Source: Dehalococcoidia bacterium
Lineage (GTDB): Bacteria > Chloroflexota > Dehalococcoidia > Lucifugimonadales > JAGWBF01
Direction of reading: 5' to 3'
Assembly: GCA_965248975.1 (NCBI GenBank)
Contig: CBDFKU010000017.1
Span: forward strand, 27,236-91,235
DNA length: 64,000 nucleotides
Positions 1 to 8,101 of this stretch are shown here, piece after piece. A program made the position numbers and the translations under genes. The notes beneath the pieces were generated by a model that saw only the letters and a list, made by a program, of their open reading frames with translations, searched no databases and was not told the DNA's origin. The number at the start of each line of letters is the position of its first letter. Position 1 is the first letter of the stretch.

Positions 1-77
1 CGTTACGGTGCTCAGCTTCCAGCAGCTGATTGACCGTCTAACGTCCCTGAGCGTAAAATGTTAGCCAGATAGACACC

Positions 78-125
78 TAGTTTGTGCGCCTAGTGCGCCG
101 CCTTAGTGCGTGACCTGTTAGCGCC
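78..125 (+). repeat. Four iteron-like copies of TAG(T)GCG at ~13-nt spacing, upstream of the methyltransferase-like/ParB-like genes
   Basis: Read directly. TAGTTTGTGCGCC starts at 78, TAGTGCGCCGCC at 91, TAGTGCGTGACC at 104 and TAGCGCCC at 119. Confidence 0.35.
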
Positions 126-140
126 CTCCCCCAAGTAGGG

Positions 141-1463
141 GTGGGCGTCTTCTTTTGTGGGGAGAAGGGTATGTTCGTAGGGGCCATCAACAGCCAGGTC
201 CGGTCCATCCTGTCCCAGTTCGGCCAGTCGCTTACAGGACAGCCAGTCTACGTGGGCTGTTCGGGCAACTTCACCGTGGAGCGGGTCCTGTCCAAGAAGG
301 GGGTAACTGACCTGCACAGCAACGACGTGTCCCTCTACTCCTGCGCTGTGGGGTCCTACATGGCTGGAGAACCTATCCAGGTGGACGTAGCCGATGATGA
401 GCTGTCATGGATGGCCGCCTACATGGAGCCGGGCCTTCCAACCATAGCCACTCTGCTTCTGTGCAGCGAGGTGCTGAAGCACTACCAGAGGCCGGAACCC
501 TACCACTGCCGGATGTGGAAGGCGTACTGCGACAGGTTCGACTCCATGCACGGGGATACCCTGAATAGGGTGAAGGCGGCCCTGGATGGAGTCACCCTTT
601 CTTCCTTCTGGCCTGGGGATGTGACGGAGTTCATCGAAAGGGCTCCAGAGGATGCCCCGGTGGTCTGTTTTCCGCCTACATACAAGGGAGGCTACGAGAG
701 GCTTTACAAGGTCATGGACCGGGTCTTCAGCTGGGACGCCCCTTCCTACACCCTGTTCGATAAAGACAGGTTCCAGGCGCTAACCAAGCTGATCACCTCC
801 AGGCCCGTGTGGATGACCCTGCGGGACCAGAGAGAGCCCGATATGGAGCATTGCTTGAGGGGGATGGTGCAGACCGGCCTCAGAAGCAGACCGGTGTACG
901 TCTACTCCAGCGCCAATTCCTCGGTCTTGATGTTGCCGGCACAGAGGGTGGAGGCAGTTCCCTTACCACGTCTTGAGGGAGAGACTTCTGGTGTCCTCTC
1001 CTTCTGCCGCATCACCCAGGCCCAGCTGAACGAGCTCAGGAGCGAGTACCTGTCCCCTTCCATAACGCCCAGCGGTGCCCAGGTGAGTTACGGGGTGAAG
1101 GTAGGAGATGGTCTTATAGGAGCCCTGGCCTTCAGCCGCTCCAGCTTCTACGGCGAGTGGTGCGATGCCTACATGCTCACAGACCCGGCCATCCGGCCCA
1201 CGGTGTACAAACGCCTCTCCAAGCTGGTCCTGGCGGCGGCAGTATCCCAGGAGATGAAGGTGACGCTGGAGCAGGCCCTGAACATGCCGGTCCGCACCGT
1301 CGGCACCACAGCCTTTACCGAGAGGGCGGTATCCATGAAGTACCGGGGCCTCTTCGATCTCCACAGCAGGAAGGAGGGACGGTTGAACTACGTTGCCCGG
1401 GCGGGGCAGTGGACCCTGGAGGAAGGACTGGAATGGTGGCAAGAGAATCACTCCCAACAGTAG
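141..1463 (+). CDS. Phage-type putative DNA (adenine) methyltransferase-like protein with an unknown C-terminal domain
   Basis: 440-aa ORF. GCSGNF resembles an SAM-binding motif I, and VVCFPPTYKGGYERLY resembles the (D/N/S)PP(Y/F) catalytic motif IV of N6-adenine methyltransferases. It overlaps the ParB-like gene. Start is uncertain (GTG 141 or ATG 171). Confidence 0.4.
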   Translation: MGVFFCGEKGMFVGAINSQVRSILSQFGQSLTGQPVYVGCSGNFTVERVLSKKGVTDLHSNDVSLYSCAVGSYMAGEPIQVDVADDELSWMAAYMEPGLPTIATLLLCSEVLKHYQRPEPYHCRMWKAYCDRFDSMHGDTLNRVKAALDGVTLSSFWPGDVTEFIERAPEDAPVVCFPPTYKGGYERLYKVMDRVFSWDAPSYTLFDKDRFQALTKLITSRPVWMTLRDQREPDMEHCLRGMVQTGLRSRPVYVYSSANSSVLMLPAQRVEAVPLPRLEGETSGVLSFCRITQAQLNELRSEYLSPSITPSGAQVSYGVKVGDGLIGALAFSRSSFYGEWCDAYMLTDPAIRPTVYKRLSKLVLAAAVSQEMKVTLEQALNMPVRTVGTTAFTERAVSMKYRGLFDLHSRKEGRLNYVARAGQWTLEEGLEWWQENHSQQ

Positions 1464-2371
1464 AGGACCTCAACATCGCCCTGGAGGGCCAGCCCTTCAA
1501 GGTTGCCGTGGTTCCTGTCGAGGACCTCGAGCTGGTGGAGAAGAACGCCCGCTTCATGCGGAGCGAGACCTTCAGGAACCTGGTGGAGAACATCAGGAAG
1601 GATGGGGGGCTCAGCTCCGTGCCCTTCTGTGTCAAGCACGGAGACAGATATCGGGTGCTATCGGGCAACCACCGGGTCCAGGCAGCGGTGGAGGCAGGGC
1701 TAGAAAGAGTCCTGGTCCTCTACACCGACAGGGGCCTGAGCAGGCAGGAGCAGGTGTCCATCCAGCTTTCCCACAACGCCATCGTGGGAGAGGACGATCC
1801 GGTGATCCTGAAGGAACTGTGGCAGGAGCTGGAGGACATCTCCCTCAAGTTCTATGCCGGCCTGGACGACAAGCTCCTTGCCGAGCTGGAGAAGGTGTCC
1901 CTTGAACCCCTTTCCGAGGTGAACCTGGATTTTCGGACCTTCACCCTCCTGTTCCTGCCCGAAGAGGTAGACCGGGTGGAGGCGGTGTTCGAGAAGGCAA
2001 AGGGGTCCGTGACCGGTGACAGCATCCGCCTGGCGAGGCTGGCCGAGTTCGACCGGCTGATGGAGGCCATCGCCAAGACCCAGGCAGCCTACAACGTCAA
2101 GAACGTGGCGGTGGCGCTGATGCTGGTGCTGGAAGTATTCGAGCGTCACCTGACCGACCTGTCCGAGGGCTGGTTGGACGAAGAGGGGGAACCCAAGCAC
2201 GGCAAGTGGGTGCCCCTGGCCAGCATCTTCGGAACCGACACGGTGCCCCCGGAGGCATTGAAGGTCATCAAGCAGGCTGTGGAGAAGATGGTGTCCCAGG
2301 ATGCTGTCAGCTCCAAGGCCCGCTGGCAGGCCCTTGAGTTTTGGGCGGCGGACTACCTGGCAGGTGATTGA
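1433..2371 (+). CDS. ParB-like nuclease (ParB/Srx N-terminal) domain protein
   Basis: VPVEDLELVEKNARFM...RVLSGNHRVQAAVEAGLERV matches the ParB N-terminal fold motifs. ATG at 1433 lies inside the longer track ORF and overlaps the upstream gene by 31 nt. Confidence 0.65.
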   Translation: MVARESLPTVEDLNIALEGQPFKVAVVPVEDLELVEKNARFMRSETFRNLVENIRKDGGLSSVPFCVKHGDRYRVLSGNHRVQAAVEAGLERVLVLYTDRGLSRQEQVSIQLSHNAIVGEDDPVILKELWQELEDISLKFYAGLDDKLLAELEKVSLEPLSEVNLDFRTFTLLFLPEEVDRVEAVFEKAKGSVTGDSIRLARLAEFDRLMEAIAKTQAAYNVKNVAVALMLVLEVFERHLTDLSEGWLDEEGEPKHGKWVPLASIFGTDTVPPEALKVIKQAVEKMVSQDAVSSKARWQALEFWAADYLAGD

Positions 2372-2917
2372 TGGAGGCATGGGACAGGCAATCAAAGGAA
2401 ACCGCCGTCGCCTACGAAGCCTTCTGCTGCTACAGGGACATGGGCAGTGCTAGGAGTGGGGTAAAAGTAGGGCAAGAGTTGGGAAAGTCTAAGGCTTTGC
2501 TCGAACGATGGAGCAGCCGATGGGACTGGGTATTCAGGTGTCAGCAGTAACGACATTGACCAGGAGCAACAGCGGCGAAAAGAGCATGCGAAGGAGATCC
2601 AGGAAGCACGGGACAGGCACGTGCGGATCGCCCAACTGATGCTCCAGAAGTTCTACGAGCGAATTCAGACGCTGGACGCCGAGGCCATATCGCCAGCCGT
2701 GATGGTCCAGCTGGCCAAGGTCGGCTCAGACCTCGAACTCCGGGCGCTGGGTGATACGGAACAGCTGGTGGTAACGGGTGCCGACGGAGGTCCGATTCAG
2801 AAGGAAGTAAGGGTGATACTAGATGCTCTCAACGACCCTGAAGCAAGAGACGCGCTTGACGCTCTTAGCAAATGCCTGGAGAGCCAGTCCAGCGGCTACG
2901 GCGGTGCGGTGGTCTAA
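2368..2917 (+). pseudogene. Small-terminase-like HTH gene split by a +1 frame change
   Basis: Part 1 is 2368-2550 (AYEAFCCYRDMGSARS..VGQELGKS..LERWSSRWDW). It continues only in the next frame, which is open from 2471 to 2917 (..NDIDQEQQRRKEHAKEIQEARDRHVRIAQLMLQKFYERIQ). The total length is 3n+1. Confidence 0.45.
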
Positions 2918-2977
2918 GGGCAGCTGGGTGAGGACTCCCCACCTGGACCTGATCTCCCGCAAGGTAGCGTCACTGGC
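2904..2977 (+). pseudogene. 5' stub (about 25 codons) of a large-terminase-like gene, truncated by an IS3-family insertion
   Basis: GTG 2904 overlaps the end of the upstream gene. VRWSKGSWVRTPHLDLISRKVASLA resembles terminase large-subunit N-termini (W..PH..LI). The reading frame runs straight into the IS inverted repeat at 2978. Confidence 0.3.
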
Positions 2978-2986
2978 TGTTGGGTG

Positions 2987-4006
2987 TCAGCGCAATTGGA
3001 CAGTTCTGGGTCCGAGAGATTGGGGAGAAGAAGCTCCTGGTTTGAGGGTTTCTCTGACCTCCTGATTGTACCGCCTCCGCCGGTCAAAAGTCTCTCGCTG
3101 TACCTCCTTCCTCTGGGCTAGAATTGCCTCCAGACGGCCTTCCAGCACGTCAGCCGGAGTTACAACCCTCAGCGCCTGATGATATCTTCGGTAGTTGTAG
3201 AACTCGACGAAGTCCCGGATGGCCGCCTCCAGGTCTTCCACCACCTCGTATGGCACCTGGTTAATGTCGTCTTTCAGGGTTCGGTGATATCTCTCCAGCT
3301 TCCCGTTGGTCTGAGGGTGATAGGGTGCTGCCAGGACGTGGCGAATGCCCACCACCCGCATGTACTCGCGGAAGGCCCGCGATACATAACCTGAGCCATT
3401 ATCTGAGAGGAGCTTGGTCCGATCCTCCAGAGGTACATCAGTCATACCAGTAGAGTCAACAGCTTCCTGGACCACCTCTATGAGGGAGTCGGCCGTCATG
3501 TCCTGTTGCACCTTCCAGGCCAAGATGAACCGGGAGTAGTCGTCCATCACCGTCACGAGGTAGTAGTAGCCCCATCCCACTACACGGAAGTAGGAGGCAT
3601 CGGTGGCCCACAGATGGTGGGGCCCTGTGGTCTTGTGCTGGTACTCTTTGCCCGCTGCCAACTGGTATTCGATCCGTTTCACCAGACCCTCCCGTCTCAG
3701 GATACGATAGACTGTGGAGGCGGAGACCGATAGGCCTCTGTGGTCGGTGAGCCAAGCTGCCAACTGCCGGCTTCGCCAGGTCGGCATCTCACGGGCTGCC
3801 GCCAGCACTACTGCCTCCTCTTCTGGATGCAGGCGATTCCAGGGCCTCTCAGTTCCTTCCGTACCCTCCCAACTACCCTGCCGGTGCCTCCACCTCCACC
3901 AATAATACGTGCTCCTGGAAATGCCAAGCTCCCTGAGTCGCCTGTTCTTCCCTCTACCATGTCGCTCCACCTCAGCCACGACCTTCGATTGCTCCACTAC
4001 GCTCAT
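2987..4006 (-). CDS. IS3-family transposase OrfB (DDE/integrase core)
   Basis: HLWATDASYF..YYLVTVMDDYSR..LLSDNGSGYVS..PYHPQTNGKLERYH is a typical rve core. The start ATG overlaps the orfA stop (ATGA). Confidence 0.85.
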   Translation of the reverse strand: MSVVEQSKVVAEVERHGRGKNRRLRELGISRSTYYWWRWRHRQGSWEGTEGTERPWNRLHPEEEAVVLAAAREMPTWRSRQLAAWLTDHRGLSVSASTVYRILRREGLVKRIEYQLAAGKEYQHKTTGPHHLWATDASYFRVVGWGYYYLVTVMDDYSRFILAWKVQQDMTADSLIEVVQEAVDSTGMTDVPLEDRTKLLSDNGSGYVSRAFREYMRVVGIRHVLAAPYHPQTNGKLERYHRTLKDDINQVPYEVVEDLEAAIRDFVEFYNYRRYHQALRVVTPADVLEGRLEAILAQRKEVQRETFDRRRRYNQEVRETLKPGASSPQSLGPRTVQLR

Positions 4007-4135
4007 GCGACGGTGCCGTTGTCGTGTAGGGGCGGCAGAGCTGTTTTTTTGAAGCGGTGCAACTCCAGGGACAACTCACCCACCAGCTGCTTCAGTTCAC
4101 TGTTCTCCCGCTTGAGCTGCTCTATCTCTTGCCGG
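4003..4135 (-). pseudogene. IS3 orfA 3' fragment
   Basis: Encodes ..RQEIEQLKRENSELKQLVGELSLELHRFKKTALPP.., colinear with the intact orfA at 18787-19194. It is cut off from its 5' part by the IS256 element. Confidence 0.75.
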
Positions 4136-5500
4136 AGGTTACGTCAATAGGTGTGTAAACGATATCAGGCGGCGACCTTCTCAGCCGTTGATTCAATGGC
4201 GATTCCATCCGCATACTGTGCACCGAGATAGACGTCTTCGATCAACTCAGGGGCCTTCAGACGCCTGAAGCGCTGTTCGGCGAGCATCAACATTTTCCAG
4301 ATCACCGCTATCGCCCGATCGACCCTCTTGTAGCGCTTGGCGGCATCGGTCCGAAGCCTGAGGGCCGCGAAGGGTGATTCTACCGGGTTCGTCGTGCGAA
4401 GGTGCCCCCAGTGCTCCTTTGGGAAGTCATAGAAGGTGACCATGCGGTCCCAGTCCCGCTCCAAGGCCTCTGAGGCCGCCTCGTAGGAATGGTCGCCGCA
4501 CCACCTGGTGAACACCGTCCTGAGCCGCTCAGCCTCTGTCCGAGTCGGCGCGTAGGGGATAGTACGCAGCATGAGCTTGGCCTGGTCCTGTTGTCGCTTT
4601 GGAAGCTTGGCGAGCACGTTTACGATCTTGTGGTTCCAGCAGCGTTGCTCTGCCGCCTGCGGATAGACGTTGCGCAGAGCTCCCCAGATGCCCAGGTGTC
4701 CGTCTCCAACCACCAGCCTCGGGCAGCTCAAGCCCCGGCGCTTGATGTCCCTGAGCACCTCGGACCAGTTCTCTGTGGACTCCCTGTATCCGGGAACAGC
4801 GCTCACCACCACCTTGCTCCCGTCGCTCAGGGCCGCCATCACCACCAGTACCGCCGCCTTCTCCTTCTCAAGACCAGCCTTGACGTAGACTCCATCCACC
4901 CACATGTAGACCACTTCCAGGTCATCGAGGGGCCGGCTGCGCCATTGGGCAAGCTCATCGTTCCACTTGGACTTCAACCGGGCCACCGTGCTCGCCGATA
5001 CCGGTGCGTCCTCTCCCAGCAGCCCCCGCAAAGCCAGATCGAAGTCGCCTTCGGATAGACCGTGCAGGTACAGCTCGGGGATCAACTCAGCAACCTTCCT
5101 GGTCCTGTTGACGAACAGCGGCAGCAGCCGGCTCTCGAACTGCTCCTCGGTATCGCGGACTCGCGGCCGCCTCAGCTGTATCGTTCCCGAACTCAGCGTA
5201 AGCCTCCGGGCTCTGCCGTATCCGTTCCGATAGCCGGTATCTGAGTCCGAGTCGGATCTGAGCGCCGACTTCGCCCTTCCCAGAAACTCCGTCACCTCCT
5301 CCTCCAGCAACTCCTGGATCAGCCTCTGGACCTGGCTTCGCACCCAATCCTCCAACTGCTCCCACTCCGGCCTTGACTCCGACCTACTCTCAGTGCTTTC
5401 CTTCCTCATGGGCGGTCTATCTCCTCTCTTGGGCCTCGAGCCCGTGTTGTTCAGAGAGAGGGTACACCGCCTGACTGTTTACACACTTTTTGAAGATACC
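4136..5500 (-). mobile_element. IS256-family element inserted into IS3 orfA
   Basis: Imperfect ~30-bp inverted repeats (AGGTTACGTCAATAGGTGTGTAAAC at 4136 against the complement of 5476-5500). It is flanked by the direct repeat TCTCTTGCCGG at 4125-4135 and 5501-5511. Size 1365 bp. Confidence 0.8.
4165..5409 (-). CDS. IS256-family (mutator-type) transposase
   Basis: 414 aa. YRNGYGRARRLTLSSGTIQLRRPRVRD...VYMWVDGVYVK...LVVGDGHLGIWGAL...RCWNHKIVNVL are characteristic IS256 blocks. Confidence 0.85.
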   Translation of the reverse strand: MRKESTESRSESRPEWEQLEDWVRSQVQRLIQELLEEEVTEFLGRAKSALRSDSDSDTGYRNGYGRARRLTLSSGTIQLRRPRVRDTEEQFESRLLPLFVNRTRKVAELIPELYLHGLSEGDFDLALRGLLGEDAPVSASTVARLKSKWNDELAQWRSRPLDDLEVVYMWVDGVYVKAGLEKEKAAVLVVMAALSDGSKVVVSAVPGYRESTENWSEVLRDIKRRGLSCPRLVVGDGHLGIWGALRNVYPQAAEQRCWNHKIVNVLAKLPKRQQDQAKLMLRTIPYAPTRTEAERLRTVFTRWCGDHSYEAASEALERDWDRMVTFYDFPKEHWGHLRTTNPVESPFAALRLRTDAAKRYKRVDRAIAVIWKMLMLAEQRFRRLKAPELIEDVYLGAQYADGIAIESTAEKVAA

Positions 5501-5501
5501 T

Positions 5502-5783
5502 CTCTTGCCGGGTCGCATCACGCACACTGTCCCGAGTCAACCTCTCCTTCCCAGCTTCCATAAACTCCTTCGTCCAGGCGTAGTAGGAGTGGGGTTTGAT
5601 TCCTTCCCGTCGGCACAGGTCATTAACGGTAGTCTCCCGTCTGAACCCCTCCAAGACGATGCGGATCTTCTCTTCAGGGGTATACTTACGGCGGGTCGCT
5701 GCACGGACCTGACGCACGAAGCTTCGTGTCTCCTGGCTTCGCTCCTCAGCTTGACTGGCCTGATCCTCTACCTGGGTCATCAA
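5502..5783 (-). pseudogene. IS3 orfA 5' fragment
   Basis: MMTQVEDQ..RRKYTPEEKIRIVLEGFRRETTVNDLCRREGIKPHSYYAWTKEFMEAGKERLTRDSVRDATRQE is colinear with intact orfA. Homology stops at the IS256 junction. Confidence 0.8.
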
Positions 5784-5892
5784 TGACTCCTTTCACTTAG
5801 GGTTAATCTACCCCTCTGAAGGAGCCTCTACCACCCCCAACCTCTTCGGTTTTCTAGGCCTCAATAGTGTCCAATTGCGCTGACACCCTACA

Positions 5893-6523
5893 ATCATTGG
5901 CCTATCGGGAGGCCGTATGGTTTTGGTCCCGTGCGTACAGGATGAAGGCCGTTGTGGATACCTTGTGGCGTGAAGGAGAGGGGAGTCTGCAAGCAGCTTA
6001 TGACATGCTTGATGAAGCAGGATGGGACGAGAGAGGTCCAACCAAGAGTCTTCTGGGAATTCATGGCGGTATCGGTGCTAGCCCCGGTTATAAGGGGTAC
6101 TGGCTGGGTGCTTTTGCCATAGCCTGTAATGTGGTCTGGCGATATGCCAAATTCGCAGGCAATACAACCGTCGCCAATGCAGTTGAACCACTTTGCCATA
6201 CTACCGCGCAGAGGATTCTGGACCTGCGGGTTCCGGCCTCCGGCATCTACGATGAGATTGACAAAGGTGGAAACATAGTGGAGAGGATGCATCCCGACAT
6301 CGTGGGGTGGGTGTTCGACGCCTACGATTGGGATGATGAAGGTCAACGATATCTCTCCAGGGCATGGGTACCAATAGCTGCCTCGATCATAGAATGGCTG
6401 GGTGAAGCCGTAGGTATATCCGAACCTTTCCAACCAGATTGGCGCAACGGGGCCAACGTGAGCTACGAGAGCACTTTGATGTACTGGAAGGCCCTTGACA
6501 TGTACATCGGTAACTTTGGATAG
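5893..6523 (+). CDS. Hypothetical protein, probably 5'-truncated at the IS junction
   Basis: The track ORF 5867-6523 begins inside the IS3 inverted repeat. I recognise no motif. The codon usage looks coding. Confidence 0.3.
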
Positions 6524-6533
6524 GAGGCCACTC

Positions 6534-6734
6534 GTGTTTTCATTCTTGATGACAGATACAGATCCCGGTCGTGCTGTGGCTCTCAGTGCAGCCGATGACG
6601 GCACAGATACGATCGTTACGGCGCTACGGGTTGCTGGTCAAATAGAGGGTTCTCTCGACGCAAGCCAGAAAGCTGCTATCTTGGCCGACATAGAAACAGC
6701 TCTGAGTGCCATCCGTACCCAAGTGGAGGTGTAG
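6534..6734 (+). CDS. Small phage hypothetical protein
   Basis: GTG 6534 sits 6 nt after AGGAGG (6522-6527). It is tightly packed against the downstream genes. Confidence 0.35.
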   Translation: MFSFLMTDTDPGRAVALSAADDGTDTIVTALRVAGQIEGSLDASQKAAILADIETALSAIRTQVEV

Positions 6735-6736
6735 CG

Positions 6737-7159
6737 ATGCCCTGGGAAGTCGCCTACATAGACAAAGAAACGGACACCCCCCTGGCCGTGCACGTCCATT
6801 CCAATGGCAGCCTGGGGGTACGAAACGTCGATACAGACGCCTACTATTCCTTGACTGCAACTCAGATGTCCAACATTTACAACACCGTTAGAGTCCTGAT
6901 GGAATCCACCCTTCCAGGCCGGATAGCAGGTCTGGGCGGGTTGGTTCTCTCAGGCGGGAAATCTGACATGCCTGTGGCAGGCCAGCCCGGGGGGGAAGAG
7001 CGGTTCTACATAGCCGCCGACGAAGGTAGCTGGTACAGGGACAACGGCTCGTCGTGGGAGCTGATGTTTGGAGCAGATGCAGGGCAGGAAGAACCCTCAC
7101 AGCGCTCCCTGGGGACAGGAAGCCAGAAAGCAGCTGCTGGGGATCATACTCACTACTAG
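6737..7159 (+). CDS. Phage fibre-associated protein ending in the LGTG..AAAGDHTH motif
   Basis: The C-terminus is RSLGTGSQKAAAGDHTHY. The same motif opens the 718-aa protein at 8102. Confidence 0.45.
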   Translation: MPWEVAYIDKETDTPLAVHVHSNGSLGVRNVDTDAYYSLTATQMSNIYNTVRVLMESTLPGRIAGLGGLVLSGGKSDMPVAGQPGGEERFYIAADEGSWYRDNGSSWELMFGADAGQEEPSQRSLGTGSQKAAAGDHTHY

Positions 7160-7173
7160 AAGGAGAGACGAAC

Positions 7174-8067
7174 ATGGGAATACCAATACTTACAAGCGAA
7201 GGGTTCGTGGGGCAGAGGTGGATAATAGACGACTACTTCCAGGCTGGGGAGACCCTACACGCGGGGGATTGCGTGTGCGTTATCGTTGACATAGCAGATC
7301 CACGAGTTAAGAAGCTCCACCTGGGACGCCCGGAGAGTAAGGTGATAGGGATCGTTCACACCCCTGCTGGCAAACAGGTAGGGGATGAAGTGGCGCAAGC
7401 AGGTAACTACGTTTCCATCGTAACCAAGGGGATAGCTAAGGCCCTGTCGGGAGGACAGATAAACATCGGGGACCCGGTGATCCCTTCAGAGGATACGGGT
7501 ACTGGTCCTGGTGGCAACTCCGTAGCCAGGGTTGCCCAATCCACTGCCAGCCAGACCGGGCCTGGGGACTCCCACGTTCATGGCTCCGGGGGTGTGAGCT
7601 CTAGTGGTAGCCACTCCCACTCGGGGTCTGGGAACACAGGATTGGAGTCGTCCCATAGCCACGGGGGGAGCGGCGACCATGAGCATGAGCTTGGCAGTGC
7701 TGGCTCTCCAAGCTCAGGCCACACTCCTTCGGGAACACGGTCGCTTAGCTTGCGGAGGAGCGGCAATCCTGGATACGGCTTCGAGCTCTTCTGGGTAGGT
7801 GCCAACATGACTGAGGTCGCTCAGGGACTAAAGACTGGCGGGCAGATGGCTAGCCACAGTCATGGATCAGCCGGCTCCCACAACCACACCTCGGGCAGCG
7901 TTGGAAGTGTTGGAAACCATTCCCACTCTGGAGCAGGATCCACAGGGGACGAATCCAGCCACAAGCACACCATCGACATCGACCGTGCCATCGTAGTGGG
8001 GAAGTGCCTTACTCCTGCCACGGGAGCCAATCAGGTAATAGACATCCTTGTGGATATCGCTGGCTAG
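7174..8067 (+). CDS. Tail-fibre/needle-like protein with two blocks of His-x-His repeats
   Basis: ATG 7174 follows AGGAGA. HVH, HSH, HSH and HEH lie in residues ~130-180. HSH, HNH, HSH and HKH lie in ~230-275, within Gly/Ser-rich sequence. Confidence 0.5.
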   Translation: MGIPILTSEGFVGQRWIIDDYFQAGETLHAGDCVCVIVDIADPRVKKLHLGRPESKVIGIVHTPAGKQVGDEVAQAGNYVSIVTKGIAKALSGGQINIGDPVIPSEDTGTGPGGNSVARVAQSTASQTGPGDSHVHGSGGVSSSGSHSHSGSGNTGLESSHSHGGSGDHEHELGSAGSPSSGHTPSGTRSLSLRRSGNPGYGFELFWVGANMTEVAQGLKTGGQMASHSHGSAGSHNHTSGSVGSVGNHSHSGAGSTGDESSHKHTIDIDRAIVVGKCLTPATGANQVIDILVDIAG

Positions 8068-8101
8068 GTCTGCCGGCGATTCGCAGGAAAGGAGTTGAAG
8101 A

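Larger units (their letters stand above)
2978..5892 (-). mobile_element. IS3-family element, copy 1, itself disrupted by an IS256-family insertion
   Basis: 25-bp terminal inverted repeats with one mismatch: TGT(T)GGGTGTCAGCGCAATTGGACA at 2978-3002 against its complement at 5868-5892. Ends are TG...CA. The orfA/orfB organisation carries an A7 slippery tract (4044-4050). The flanking triplets GGC and ATC are not a target duplication. Confidence 0.8.
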
